Positions 1 through 9,880 of a DNA stretch of 64,000 bases are shown here, one piece after another. The position numbers and the translations under genes were made by a program. The number at the start of each line of letters is the position of its first letter. The stretch's first letter is position 1. The notes under the pieces were generated by a model that saw only the letters and a program-made list of their open reading frames with translations, searched no databases and was not told the DNA's origin. This DNA is from a virus, in IMG/VR virus record IMGVR_UViG_3300023202_000142, positions 32,001-96,000 of that record; one strand, written 5' to 3'.

Positions 1-9
1 CTCACGGCG

Positions 10-354
10 ATGGTGGGGTCCGTGGAGGCCCTGAACGCCGAGACGGGCCATGAGTGGTTCTGTCTTGGCCCGGGAGTCTTCGCGATGCCCCTGAACTACA
101 GGGGCCCCGTTGTCACGGCGATGGCAGGGGACGGAGATGTCCGCGCCGAGGACGTCGTGCAGATCGAGCCTGAGTTCTCGGTGGTGATTCGGGAGGACGA
201 TGACGGCACCGGGTGGCACTCCCTGTTGATCATCGGTGGGTCCGACTATGGCGTCGGGTGCTCCGAAAGCATCATCGAGGCTGCGGAGGTCGGTCTGGCG
301 CTGCTGTCCGAGGTGGCTTCGAGTGCCGCGGCTGCGTTGGGCGGAGCTGAGTAA
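10..354 (+). CDS. hypothetical phage protein
   Basis: 114 aa ORF; stop overlaps next start (TAATG). Confidence 0.65.
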   Translation: MVGSVEALNAETGHEWFCLGPGVFAMPLNYRGPVVTAMAGDGDVRAEDVVQIEPEFSVVIREDDDGTGWHSLLIIGGSDYGVGCSESIIEAAEVGLALLSEVASSAAAALGGAE

Positions 355-935
355 TGGCCTGGCGAAGGAAAGTGGAGTTGGTGCTGCCAGACCAGAGTAC
401 CGTGAGACTCCCTGACGGCATCGAGACGCCGCGTAGGGGGGAAGAGTTGGTGCTGGACGGGGATGAGTTCAAGATTGGCTCAACCAGGCGTGTGCTTTGT
501 TCTACGGGCACCGTGGTCGAGGAGACCATCCACATCAACGCAGAGGTCATCCAGCCTGGTCGGCGCTGCCACTACTGTGACGAATTCGTCCCTCCGGGTG
601 AGGGCTACATGCGGGTCGAGATGTACTGCTCCATGCGGTGCGCGAAAGCCTGTAGAGAGGAATCCCGCGGTTCTGCTGCCTGGGGTCCTGACAGGATGGA
701 GCGCGCCAGGCACATCGCCGACCACGGCTGGGACTACTCAATGGGGCCGTCGCTGCACGAGGCGTTGGACGAAATCGAGCGTCTCAACGGCGTCCTGGAG
801 TCGGTTGCCGGTCCCCGGGGTCCGCGCTGCGAGAGCTGCAAGAACTTCGTCAGGGGCTTCGAGGTCCGTCGTCACGGGCACCTGTACTGCAGTCGATACT
901 GCGCCGATGTTGGCGTGAGGCAGGAGGAAGAATGA
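354..935 (+). CDS. hypothetical protein with two Cys-rich (CxxC...CSxxC) zinc-finger-like motifs
   Basis: CHYC..YCSMRC and CESC..YCSRYC; coupled to neighbours. Confidence 0.7.
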   Translation: MAWRRKVELVLPDQSTVRLPDGIETPRRGEELVLDGDEFKIGSTRRVLCSTGTVVEETIHINAEVIQPGRRCHYCDEFVPPGEGYMRVEMYCSMRCAKACREESRGSAAWGPDRMERARHIADHGWDYSMGPSLHEALDEIERLNGVLESVAGPRGPRCESCKNFVRGFEVRRHGHLYCSRYCADVGVRQEEE

Positions 936-1480
936 CGGACTGGAACCCCACACTCTCTCCACTGAAGGATGTGGACCGCAGCGGAACGCTCACTGAACAG
1001 TTCGAGCGCTTCCATGCCGCGAACCCCCACGTCTTCGAGTCCATCTATCAGATGACCACACAGCTTCACGGCAGGGGGCTCAGTCGGGGGTCAATGAAGA
1101 TGATATTTGAGCGGTTGCGGTGGCTCTACGCCATCCAGACGATGGGTGAGACGTTCAGATTGAACAACAACTACACCAGCTACTACGCACGAGTTGTCCA
1201 TGCCTACGACCCGTCACTGGAGGGTTTCTTCGAGGTCCGGTCCCAGCGGGACGAGTACGAGCCAGACCTCGAAGAGCTTGGCCTTGATCCCGAGAACAGA
1301 TCGGAGATGCGCCAACAGACTCCGTCACTGCCTCCGCAAGAGGTTGTCAGTTCCGCCCTGAGAGCAATGAGGCAGATGCACAGGGATTACAACGACTACT
1401 ACGGGGAGCCGCCGCCACAAGACTACATCACCGTGGCGAAATGGCTCTCAGCGATGAACAAGGCTAGGAAACGTGACTGA
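932..1480 (+). CDS. conserved-type phage hypothetical protein
   Basis: ATGA overlap, SD GGAGG; FERFHAANPHVF...LNNNYTSYYAR pattern typical of a phage family. Confidence 0.75.
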   Translation: MTDWNPTLSPLKDVDRSGTLTEQFERFHAANPHVFESIYQMTTQLHGRGLSRGSMKMIFERLRWLYAIQTMGETFRLNNNYTSYYARVVHAYDPSLEGFFEVRSQRDEYEPDLEELGLDPENRSEMRQQTPSLPPQEVVSSALRAMRQMHRDYNDYYGEPPPQDYITVAKWLSAMNKARKRD

Positions 1481-1679
1481 CTGGGGTATCAAACAGGGAC
1501 CAGACGACCGCGTCTTCGTTCACACCGATGAAGACGCGGTCGAGGTGGAGAACCTCTTGACGCACCTCTATGGCAACCAGGACTGGACTGCGTGGTTCCA
1601 GGTCGGTGATCGCTGGGTCCGCCAGCTCTCCGACGGAACCTCTGAGTGGCGTGACAACAAACCGGAGAACTGGCCATGA
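1473..1679 (+). CDS. hypothetical protein
   Basis: tiled ORF, overlapping start/stop. Confidence 0.65.
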   Translation: MTDWGIKQGPDDRVFVHTDEDAVEVENLLTHLYGNQDWTAWFQVGDRWVRQLSDGTSEWRDNKPENWP

Positions 1680-1867
1680 GTGTCTGGATACCGAAGCTGA
1701 AACGACTGGGGGCCACGGAGTCCGACATCGAGGACTTCGAGGAGCGCGCCGCGATCATGGAGTACATGGGTCTACAGGACCGCAGGACGGCCGAGAAGAA
1801 CGCGTACGGCATCGTGTCCAAGCGCGTCTACGCCCTGAAGAGGAAGCGACGTGACGCTGATAGCTGA
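1676..1867 (+). CDS. hypothetical protein (FEERAAIMEY motif)
   Basis: ATGA overlap; motif seen in small phage proteins. Confidence 0.7.
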   Translation: MSVWIPKLKRLGATESDIEDFEERAAIMEYMGLQDRRTAEKNAYGIVSKRVYALKRKRRDADS

Positions 1868-2156
1868 CAGGCCAGAGCCGACCATCGAGCCCAGTGGGTT
1901 CAGAGGTGACCGCTTCGTGGTGGTGAATCAGACGTCCTCCTACGCCTTCAGGTCAGGCCGCTGGGTCCGATTGCATCCACCCGTTCGGGTCCAGCGACCC
2001 GAGCCGGTTCCTCGGGAGGGGTTCAAGCCTGGCATCCTCTACTCCCTTTTCGCGGCGGCGAGGCTGTACGCTGGTCAACTCGCGCGCCGTGAAGCTGATA
2101 TGCAGATGCCCATGATGGTGGGAGATCTCTTCTGCATGGAGCAAGACGATGACTGA
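1851..2156 (+). CDS. hypothetical protein
   Basis: tiled ORF. Confidence 0.6.
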   Translation: MTLIADRPEPTIEPSGFRGDRFVVVNQTSSYAFRSGRWVRLHPPVRVQRPEPVPREGFKPGILYSLFAAARLYAGQLARREADMQMPMMVGDLFCMEQDDD

Positions 2157-2409
2157 CCTCGAAATCGACCCGGAGCGTTACGAATCATTGGGTGACGACG
2201 GCGCCCATACCGGAATCTACGTGCGTGCCAAGCACGTACACAACACCGAGAACGCCGTCGCAGGCAAACACGCCTCCGTCGACATCGCTGTCCTGACGAA
2301 GGACAGCGTGCTTACCTGGCTGCGCTCGCGTGGCGGAGAGAACGCCTGGGCCGAGGATGTCGTCGGGCATCTCCTGGGTTACGGGGCGTTCACCGACGAG
2401 GATTCATGA
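2149..2409 (+). CDS. hypothetical protein
   Basis: tiled ORF. Confidence 0.65.
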   Translation: MTDLEIDPERYESLGDDGAHTGIYVRAKHVHNTENAVAGKHASVDIAVLTKDSVLTWLRSRGGENAWAEDVVGHLLGYGAFTDEDS

Positions 2410-2774
2410 GCCACCGCGGCAAATTGCTGGAAGAGGCCAACGAGTCGGAGTGGATCAGGCTCGCTGGACTGCTCGCCAACCACTTCGTCTACGCGGAGCT
2501 GTACGGCCATCTCTCCGACGACCCTGCCCTCAGAGCTGCCGCGCAACGTCGCGTCGATCTGATGCGGGAGTACGGAGACCTCATGTTCTTCGGCCTGAAG
2601 CACGACCAGAACATCGAGGTGGTGTCTGTGGTCTTCGGCTCAGGCGACATCGAGACTCTTGGTGAGGACTGGCAAATCTGTGACGAACATCGCGGCCTCG
2701 TCAGGGGCTGCCACGTCATGGGCGTCCACCCCGCGTACTTCCCTCAGATCCCGGTACTGGAGAAAAGAACATGA
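2406..2774 (+). CDS. hypothetical protein
   Basis: ATGA overlap at both ends. Confidence 0.65.
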   Translation: MSHRGKLLEEANESEWIRLAGLLANHFVYAELYGHLSDDPALRAAAQRRVDLMREYGDLMFFGLKHDQNIEVVSVVFGSGDIETLGEDWQICDEHRGLVRGCHVMGVHPAYFPQIPVLEKRT

Positions 2775-2896
2775 ACGCCTGGGAGTTCCTGCACAACGCC
2801 GTAGCACACCCCCTGCTGGCGCTCAGCTTCAATGCCACATGGGCCGTCAGGTTCCATGACTGGACCGCTGAGCGCGCCTGGAGGTCCGATGACTGA
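2771..2896 (+). CDS. small hypothetical protein, 41 aa (MNAWEFLHNAVAHPLLAL...), not in ORF track
   Basis: fills the gap exactly with ATGA overlap; HN..AHP pattern of a small phage family. Confidence 0.6.
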   Translation: MNAWEFLHNAVAHPLLALSFNATWAVRFHDWTAERAWRSDD

Positions 2897-3434
2897 CTAT
2901 CCAAACATCGTCCAAGAAGCTCACAGGCTGCTCTGGGAGGCGACATCGACGTCCTCTGAGAACCGCTTCGATCGTGAGTTGATCCAGGAGCAGATCCGCG
3001 AGGGCATCGCCGAGAAGTTCGGTATCGAATCCAACCCCAGGGTCTTCATGCGTGCCGGTCGCCCCGCCGTCGAACTCAATCTTGAGGCCGAGATCGAATA
3101 CATCGATCAGCTCCGCGAGAAGTGGGGGCCCCTCCTCACCAACAACGCAGCGCTGGAGGGCTATCACCTCTTCAAGGTCCGCGAGCCCGGCGAGGACCGC
3201 ATCGCGCCGATCCGCTTCATCCACACCGAAGAGCACGGACAGGGCTACATCAGCCTCGCGTTTCCAGAACTCACGCTCGATGAGGCCATGGCCACCCTGA
3301 TGACGGCCGCACAGTACCTCGTCACGCACTACGACGCCGATCTCGAAGCCCTCGCCGACACCATCATCAATACCCCTGAGAACCGTCGCGCCGGGCTTCA
3401 GCTCGTTCAGGGCGGCGCCTCCGAGGAGGAATGA
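2889..3434 (+). CDS. hypothetical protein
   Basis: start reassigned to ATG 2889 behind GGAGG. Confidence 0.7.
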   Translation: MTDYPNIVQEAHRLLWEATSTSSENRFDRELIQEQIREGIAEKFGIESNPRVFMRAGRPAVELNLEAEIEYIDQLREKWGPLLTNNAALEGYHLFKVREPGEDRIAPIRFIHTEEHGQGYISLAFPELTLDEAMATLMTAAQYLVTHYDADLEALADTIINTPENRRAGLQLVQGGASEEE

Positions 3435-3554
3435 TGGTGTTTCAACTCGGTAACTGGATCCGTGTGCGTGACGTCGAGATGACGACGGAGAGCGCTACGA
3501 CGGCTCGATCGAGTGGGCTGACGTCAAGCGTTTTGCAGACATACTGGAGGTCGA

Positions 3555-3923
3555 ATGAAGAATCTGAAGCTCTACATCAACGCGGTATCGGCGAAGCATG
3601 CCACGGGTCGTGACCTCATGAAGGCTACGGAGCCCTACGAGATCGGACACCTGTTGGTCAAGATGGAGAAGCAGGACAACCACGCCAAAGACCTCGCTGC
3701 ACGCCTCACAGACGACGAGAGGGCGGTCTACAAGCACTTCGAGGACATCAACTACAAGTTCGGTGAACTGCTCTCAGCCGTGAACTTTCTGAAGGCGAAG
3801 CTGAAGGGCCGGGGCTATCTGGGTCCCGACGACTACGAGGCCGCCTGGGTGCGGGTTGATGATGCCCTGGGGCGTCACCCCGAGCCCTTCGACGTCGAGG
3901 AGGATGGTAATGGCGGATGGTAA
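3555..3923 (+). CDS. hypothetical protein
   Basis: GGAGG SD, 122 aa. Confidence 0.7.
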   Translation: MKNLKLYINAVSAKHATGRDLMKATEPYEIGHLLVKMEKQDNHAKDLAARLTDDERAVYKHFEDINYKFGELLSAVNFLKAKLKGRGYLGPDDYEAAWVRVDDALGRHPEPFDVEEDGNGGW

Positions 3924-4323
3924 AGACCTCGAAGTCCTGCACGGACACGTGACGTCAGATGAGATCGCCGAATTCGCCCGGGGGGTCGGTGTCGACGTCG
4001 ACCTTCCCGTCCAGTTTACCCCCGAGGACTGGAAGACCTTCCAGCCCTTCGAGGAGCCTGGGATCCAGGACTTGATCCGCGATGTCATGGGTTGGGCTGT
4101 GCCTGATAGTTCCATGCACATCTGCCATTGGCCCAAGGGCAATGTACTGACGGTCGATTTCACGGGGTCGATGTCCTCCGGGCAGCTCTTCGACATTCAA
4201 AGACGACTCGGTGCCGCGAGGTTCGAGATCTATGCGGATTACAGACACCCAAGAAGCTCCGTTCTGTCGATAGCATTTCACCCCAGTGAAGAGCCTGTGG
4301 AAAACGAGGAGTCATCGGCATGA
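3910..4323 (+). CDS. hypothetical protein
   Basis: start ATG 3910 behind GAGGA. Confidence 0.65.
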   Translation: MADGKDLEVLHGHVTSDEIAEFARGVGVDVDLPVQFTPEDWKTFQPFEEPGIQDLIRDVMGWAVPDSSMHICHWPKGNVLTVDFTGSMSSGQLFDIQRRLGAARFEIYADYRHPRSSVLSIAFHPSEEPVENEESSA

Positions 4324-4369
4324 ATGCTGACGCTTCGCATGTGGAAAACCCTGTTGGAAGGAGCATGTC

Positions 4370-4579
4370 GTGAACCACACCCAGCCTCAGTACTACGACG
4401 TCGAAATCTACGGCGGCATCTTCAGGATCGAGGCCGAGGGGGTCGAGGCAGCCATCGGCATCGCCGTCAAACGCGCCCAGCTCGAAGCAGGGCGTCACAG
4501 CGCCCGTGTCGACGGGCAGTTCTACACCTTCAAGGTCGAACGCATCTCGCGTGCCGCGAACATCAGGAAGACATCATGA
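4370..4579 (+). CDS. hypothetical protein
   Basis: GTG start behind GGAG; stop overlaps next ATG. Confidence 0.6.
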   Translation: MNHTQPQYYDVEIYGGIFRIEAEGVEAAIGIAVKRAQLEAGRHSARVDGQFYTFKVERISRAANIRKTS

Positions 4580-5781
4580 CAGGTACTTCGATCAGCAAAC
4601 TCGTTGAGGTTCAGGCTGTCTGGGAGGTCGTAGAGACCCACCTCGGCCGCCTGGCGCCAGCGATGGTCGATCTCGACTGGGTCTACCATGCCGACCGGCG
4701 CCGGTTCCCGGTGTTCAAAGCCAGTTTCGATGGTTTCGATCTCTCGCTGAACCGTATGGCGGGGGTTGATAGCGATCTCTGGACCGCTCGCGTCGAGGGC
4801 GAATCGATGGGCCCGCGTGGTGTCTCACTGGAGAAAGCCGTCGAGAATCTCGTCAGTGGCTTCCGGAAGTGTCTTGAACTGTCGATCGAACATGCCAGCG
4901 AACTGCTTCACAAGATGGGTGGTGAGTACACCCGCGCGGTCTGTGAGATCTGCCACGAGCCGGCGACATCTGCAGTGCAAGATCACCCCCGATGTGATCG
5001 CCACACCTATCCCAACGCTACTGAGGACGGCCTGCACGCCGTCGACGAGCAAAATACCTCTGACGCACCACCCCCTTACCCCCTCCTGCACGACGCTGAC
5101 GGCCTGATCAAGGTCGGCTACTGGCGTGGACGAACTGATCCCAACCTGCCCGAGCCGGTGTCGACCGAGTACCTGCCGGCCATTAAGGCTGAGATTCTGT
5201 CCTGGCTGCGCAATCACACCGAGGTTCTGCAGCGCTACAAGGGTTTCTCGCGGTGTCGGTTCTGCGACACAGCTAACGGGTCGGTCTGCTACACCGATGG
5301 CACCTATCGCTGGCCTGAAGGTCTGTATCACTACGTCGCCGAACACGACGTCGAACTGCCCGAGTCGTTTGTGTTGCACATGGGTGTCCGGCCGCGGATG
5401 CGCAACTTCCTGGAGGATGGTTTCGTCTTCGCGCCCTACGTCCCCCTGGACTCCGTGGCGCGACGCCAGGACATCCTCGCCCGAACCCTGGGCCCCAAGA
5501 CGGAGCCCGCGGGGCATCTGTTCTACCAGGAATGGAAGGAAGGCGTGATCACCTGGACTGTTCGCAACCTTCTCGACAGGCTCAGGACTGAGCGTGTCGA
5601 GGCCGCGGACCTCGGCCCTGGCGATATCATCGCCACCGACCGCGGGCCGTTTGGGGTCGCCTCCGTCGAGTTCGACGACGGCCTCATCACGGTGTATGAC
5701 GACGATAACATCTCGATCAGCTACCCCATCGCCCACCGCGTGAAGATCGTGAAGCGTTCCTCCACCACCAAGGCCCCGTGA
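4576..5781 (+). CDS. multi-domain hypothetical protein (YKG.S.CRFC...WPEGLYHYVAEH module)
   Basis: about 400 aa; start reassigned to ATG 4576. Confidence 0.7.
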   Translation: MTGTSISKLVEVQAVWEVVETHLGRLAPAMVDLDWVYHADRRRFPVFKASFDGFDLSLNRMAGVDSDLWTARVEGESMGPRGVSLEKAVENLVSGFRKCLELSIEHASELLHKMGGEYTRAVCEICHEPATSAVQDHPRCDRHTYPNATEDGLHAVDEQNTSDAPPPYPLLHDADGLIKVGYWRGRTDPNLPEPVSTEYLPAIKAEILSWLRNHTEVLQRYKGFSRCRFCDTANGSVCYTDGTYRWPEGLYHYVAEHDVELPESFVLHMGVRPRMRNFLEDGFVFAPYVPLDSVARRQDILARTLGPKTEPAGHLFYQEWKEGVITWTVRNLLDRLRTERVEAADLGPGDIIATDRGPFGVASVEFDDGLITVYDDDNISISYPIAHRVKIVKRSSTTKAP

Positions 5782-6008
5782 TGCCCGAAGAAACTGCCGA
5801 AGAATTCCGTGCTGGAGTCGACAAGCACGTCAAGAAGATCCGTGAGACCGTCGAGATGCTGAAGGTCGCCAACGGGTTTCCCGAAGAACTCGCACAGCGC
5901 GCCGCCTGGGAAATGGCGGTGGCGGAAGCCCATCACCGCATCGATCGACTCATCGATGCCGTTAACGACATTGCAGCCCACATCGGGCTCGAAGAGACGA
6001 GGCACTAA
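5778..6008 (+). CDS. hypothetical protein
   Basis: tiled ORF. Confidence 0.65.
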   Translation: MMPEETAEEFRAGVDKHVKKIRETVEMLKVANGFPEELAQRAAWEMAVAEAHHRIDRLIDAVNDIAAHIGLEETRH

Positions 6009-6586
6009 TGGAACCTGACGAAACGAAATGCCCGCAGTGCGGTTCTGGTCTCCGGGCCGAGCGCGCCGAAATCCAGCAGGGCTACGACTACAGGACCGCC
6101 TGCGTCGACCCCTGGCATGAGGCCCCGCCATCGCAGGGGGAGGTCGAAGAGGCTCTCGGGGACGCCCAGGAGGGCTTCTACGCCGACGCGACGTATCGGC
6201 GCTGCCTGGATTGCTCGAAGTGGGTCCGCGGCGGTCCTACGCGATGCCAGGACTGCGTCCACAAGGTCGACTACCAGTTCCCCGAAGAACTGTTCGGCGG
6301 GTCGCGCAACAAGGGCCTGGAGCAGATGGTGCGTGCCGGGTTGCAGTGGTTTGACGAGAACCCCGCACTGAAGGCCCGGGTCGCGCTGAACCTGGAACTG
6401 TCCAGGGACGACCTCAAAGCGCTGCATGATGTCATGCTCAAGGATGCCAGGTGGCCCAGGGGAACCAAGGTCCGCTCAGCAACCCTGCACGTCATCCGCG
6501 GTGTCGCGATCGGGTGGGACGAGTACCTTGACATCGTGAAGGTATTGACACGACCCGACAAGCTCGTGATGGAGCTACTGGGATGA
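6008..6586 (+). CDS. Cys-rich hypothetical protein
   Basis: three CxxC pairs; TAATG coupling. Confidence 0.65.
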   Translation: MEPDETKCPQCGSGLRAERAEIQQGYDYRTACVDPWHEAPPSQGEVEEALGDAQEGFYADATYRRCLDCSKWVRGGPTRCQDCVHKVDYQFPEELFGGSRNKGLEQMVRAGLQWFDENPALKARVALNLELSRDDLKALHDVMLKDARWPRGTKVRSATLHVIRGVAIGWDEYLDIVKVLTRPDKLVMELLG

Positions 6587-6804
6587 GAGCACTACGCTAC
6601 CCCGCAGCTTTGATCTGGTGGCTGATGTGGCTCTTCAGGGGCCGCAAAACCGTCCGGGGCGTCCAGACCTGGGTTTGTATGACATCGGACGCTTTCGACA
6701 CCCAGTGGCCACACGACTACAAGCTACATCGTGGTGGCGACGGCTACCCCGACCACTTTCACACCTTCACGTGCCCGCGGTGCGGCCGGGAGTTCACGAT
6801 ATGA
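6583..6804 (+). CDS. small Zn-ribbon protein
   Basis: C-terminal HxF.CPRCG; ATGA overlaps. Confidence 0.6.
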   Translation: MRALRYPAALIWWLMWLFRGRKTVRGVQTWVCMTSDAFDTQWPHDYKLHRGGDGYPDHFHTFTCPRCGREFTI

Positions 6805-6953
6805 ACCAACTCGGAATCGCTGTGTGGCTCGAAGCCAGGTACTGCCTGAGTCGTAGCAGGGGCGATCACGTCATGACTCGCGCCCAGTTCCTGGATTGGG
6901 CCCGTCGAGCCGCCATGAACGTGATGTTCGACCGCCTGATGAGGTCGTCGTGA
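6801..6953 (+). CDS. small hypothetical protein
   Basis: ATG 6801 overlaps previous stop. Confidence 0.5.
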   Translation: MNQLGIAVWLEARYCLSRSRGDHVMTRAQFLDWARRAAMNVMFDRLMRSS

Positions 6954-7180
6954 CGCACTCACTATGCGAGACCGGACTGTACCCCGTCGCTGTCTACCAC
7001 ATCCGGGTCCTGAGTGACGCCGGCCCCAGGTATGGCGACGGAGCTGATACCCCGTCGCTATGCGGGACCGATGTTCGCTGGGACATCCACGATCTAGAAT
7101 TCACCCCTGAGATTCTGGAGCAGGTCCATGACAGGATCTGCTCCAGACGCCTCAACGCTTACGAGGGCAGAAATGACTGA
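6950..7180 (+). CDS. hypothetical protein
   Basis: GTG 6950 overlaps previous stop. Confidence 0.55.
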   Translation: MTHSLCETGLYPVAVYHIRVLSDAGPRYGDGADTPSLCGTDVRWDIHDLEFTPEILEQVHDRICSRRLNAYEGRND

Positions 7181-7592
7181 CCGCGACACCCTAGATCTCA
7201 AAGAGCAGGTCTCCGACCTCCGTGATCTCGTTGAACTCCAGCAGAGAACGATTCGCGATCTCAAGGAACTACTGGACTGCCGCGCCGGCGAACTGTTGCG
7301 CTCCGACCGAACGTTCGTTGTTGTCGCCGCAGACGAACCCTACTTTGTCGAGGTCTACAACATGATCCGCAACCACGAGATCAAGAAGGACACCTGGACG
7401 AACGCCTGTGAAGCCGCCTACCGCGAAGCCATTGGAGTCTGTCCCGAATGTGCCGGCAACTCGCCGAGCCCCGAGGAGGTCGCCATCAATGGCAACGGCC
7501 CTCTTTGTGGTACATGCGGCGGCGACCCCTGGTACATGTTCGAAGCGCTGAGGGTTCGGGTGCTGGAGTTGCAAAATGAATCTGACAACTGA
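7173..7592 (+). CDS. coiled-coil plus Zn-ribbon hypothetical protein
   Basis: heptad-like N-terminus; CPEC..CGTC. Confidence 0.65.
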   Translation: MTDRDTLDLKEQVSDLRDLVELQQRTIRDLKELLDCRAGELLRSDRTFVVVAADEPYFVEVYNMIRNHEIKKDTWTNACEAAYREAIGVCPECAGNSPSPEEVAINGNGPLCGTCGGDPWYMFEALRVRVLELQNESDN

Positions 7593-8007
7593 GGAGTTCC
7601 TGGAACTGGCCGAGGAGGCCGCACCCTTCGAGCCCTGTGTCGGTTCAGGGTACTGCTGCAAGAAGGTGCCGTGTCACGTCGCCTTCGAGGTCCTCGGTGA
7701 CGTCGAGGCGCCCTGTCCTGCCCTGGTATGGTCCGATGACGACGATCGTTACTACTGTGGCGTCGTTCTCGATTCCGAGCGCTATGGCGTCGACTCCGAG
7801 TTCGTGCGCCGCAGTCTAGGCATCGGAGCTGGCTGCTGTTCCTCGATGAACGATGACCACCGCAAAGCCATCTCGCCGTACCTTTCCGACCCCAGAGTCC
7901 AAGACCTCATCGGTCTCGACAAACGTAGAGCCTACATGCGGGGACTGTCGACCTGGGCAGACGAGGTCCGTGAAGAGACCAGTTGCAGCACTGACCAAAC
8001 TGTGTAA
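7576..8007 (+). CDS. Cys-cluster protein (YkgJ-like CxxxxxCC...PC)
   Basis: PCVGSGYCCKKVPC...CPAL...YYCG...GAGCC. Confidence 0.6.
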   Translation: MNLTTEEFLELAEEAAPFEPCVGSGYCCKKVPCHVAFEVLGDVEAPCPALVWSDDDDRYYCGVVLDSERYGVDSEFVRRSLGIGAGCCSSMNDDHRKAISPYLSDPRVQDLIGLDKRRAYMRGLSTWADEVREETSCSTDQTV

Positions 8008-8017
8008 TCTGTGCACA
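8001..8017 (+). promoter_or_regulatory. 17-bp operator TGTGTAATCTGTGCACA overlapping -10 (TAATCT); predicted leaderless start at ATG 8017
   Basis: TTGCAG-N16-TAATCT; predicted +1 is the A of ATG. Confidence 0.65.
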
Positions 8018-8727
8018 TGGAAAACTACACGCTGATTTGCCCGAAATGTCATCACGACGAGGTCGAACTCGTTGACGTCCAGCTCTCCGAACCCAACGCT
8101 TTCATCGGCATGATGAAGTGCCGGGACTGTGGGCACATCGCTGCCGAGTCGGTCTTCGAGGAGGCGCACAGGTCAAGTCGTGCTGCGGCGATACTGGACC
8201 AGTACAACATTCCACCATGGGCTTCCTCTGAGGTTCGTAAGCTGCGCATGTTCTTCATCGCCAACATGTTGTCGGAGGCCGAGTTCGAGCGCGAGGTGCA
8301 GAAGCATCGTCGTGAAGAGCCGTCGGTCCTGGACCCCCGGCCCGGGCTCGTGATGAGTCCCAGGATCTACGATGAGATAGCGGACAAGAACCGCTACACC
8401 GATGTCAGCAAAGAGGAACTGGAGCGCATCAAGGCGGAAGCCGAGAGGGTCGTAGAGGCCGAGACGGGTCGAAAGCCGGACCGCATCGATGCCGTCGCAA
8501 GGGGGCACTGCGTCAAGATCAACGTCCAGTACCAGGACCCTACTCCGGTCGATCAAATCAAACTGACGCACGTCCAGGTCAAGCCAATCGAGATATCGAG
8601 GGCCGAGGTGGAGAAGATGCTGGGGATGTTCGAGGAGGTTCGTGAGTGCCTCGATGAGATACAGCAGAAGATGGGTGAATATGAGGGCCTGATGCGCAAG
8701 GCGTTGGGCTACGGAGGGGATGGCTGA
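8017..8727 (+). CDS. hypothetical protein with N-terminal Zn ribbon
   Basis: CPKC..CRDC; probable leaderless start. Confidence 0.7.
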   Translation: MENYTLICPKCHHDEVELVDVQLSEPNAFIGMMKCRDCGHIAAESVFEEAHRSSRAAAILDQYNIPPWASSEVRKLRMFFIANMLSEAEFEREVQKHRREEPSVLDPRPGLVMSPRIYDEIADKNRYTDVSKEELERIKAEAERVVEAETGRKPDRIDAVARGHCVKINVQYQDPTPVDQIKLTHVQVKPIEISRAEVEKMLGMFEEVRECLDEIQQKMGEYEGLMRKALGYGGDG

Positions 8728-9311
8728 TGGAAGACGTAAGACGCAAACCCATGGAGTGCGACAAGCATGGCGTCACACTGCACTACTTCGTCGACTACCG
8801 CACCGTCGGGGGCGAAGAGTTGGAGTGGTGGTCCTGTGAGACCTGCCGAAGCCTTGGTCGTCTGCGAAACACGGCATCCAAGACCCTCTCCGCGCCAGTG
8901 AGAAGAATCGGGCAGTACTTTGGCGACCTCAACGAGCGGATGTACTTGCGCCTCGTTGAGGAGCTTTCTGTTGGTACTGCGATGGTTTCCCCCCAGGAGG
9001 AACTGGATGGCGAGACCTTCTGGGCCAAGACGATGAAGTGCGGAGCCGTGAACATCGGCAAAGCAATGGTCGCAGTGTTCGCCAGAGACGCCCGTCCGTC
9101 TTTCGAGGAGCACATCTGGGGCCTTCTGAGGCCCGTGTATGCCAAGTATGCCGAACAGGGGTGCACCATCCATCCCTACATCGTTGTTAACCCTGGCGGC
9201 CTCCTGGCGGCCCACAGGCCCGATCTGTGGACCGACACGGTGATCCCCTTTGGTCACGGTGACGCTGACGAGTTCTTGCTGACAACCCGGTTCGCTGCGA
9301 CAAAACCATGA
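8727..9311 (+). CDS. hypothetical protein
   Basis: TGATG coupling. Confidence 0.65.
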   Translation: MEDVRRKPMECDKHGVTLHYFVDYRTVGGEELEWWSCETCRSLGRLRNTASKTLSAPVRRIGQYFGDLNERMYLRLVEELSVGTAMVSPQEELDGETFWAKTMKCGAVNIGKAMVAVFARDARPSFEEHIWGLLRPVYAKYAEQGCTIHPYIVVNPGGLLAAHRPDLWTDTVIPFGHGDADEFLLTTRFAATKP

Positions 9312-9490
9312 CTGAATCTGTGATGAAGCCCTTTCACGTTCCGCCCAAGAAGTCGTCGATCACGCTTCCGCATCTCTGCAACGGGGTTCGGAGGGATCTC
9401 GAAGCCCAGAAACCGCAGACGGTGGTGAGATGTCGGCGCTGCGGGGTCACTGCTCGATTGATCTGGCACAACCCCGAGGAGGAAGAGTGA
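9308..9490 (+). CDS. small hypothetical protein
   Basis: tiled ORF. Confidence 0.55.
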   Translation: MTESVMKPFHVPPKKSSITLPHLCNGVRRDLEAQKPQTVVRCRRCGVTARLIWHNPEEEE

Positions 9491-9780
9491 GCGAGACCAA
9501 AGCAAAATCGACATCCGTTATCCATCTGGTCGTCGAGGTCGACAGCGAAAGTGTCTGGGGTGACGACTGCACCATGGCACAGGTCGCCAAACAAGCCCGT
9601 GAAGCCGCAGCGGAGCACTCCAGGCGGCTCGTCAGGCGCATCCTCGACAATGCTGAGGGTGAGTATGGTTATCTGCGTATTCGCCAGGTTACCGTGGAGC
9701 AAGAGATCAAGGTCAAGCTGATCTCAGGCCGCTCCGAGACCTATTCGGTCCGACAGGGGGATCTGTGTACGTCGGACTGA
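9487..9780 (+). CDS. hypothetical protein
   Basis: GTG 9487 overlaps previous stop. Confidence 0.6.
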   Translation: MSETKAKSTSVIHLVVEVDSESVWGDDCTMAQVAKQAREAAAEHSRRLVRRILDNAEGEYGYLRIRQVTVEQEIKVKLISGRSETYSVRQGDLCTSD

Positions 9781-9880
9781 TGATCGTCGCACTACTTACC
9801 GGCTGGTGGTTCATTGTTCCGACCTGGACCGCTCACGCCTTTCTTCAAGCACTTCACCGAGCACTGGACAGGGTCATCGC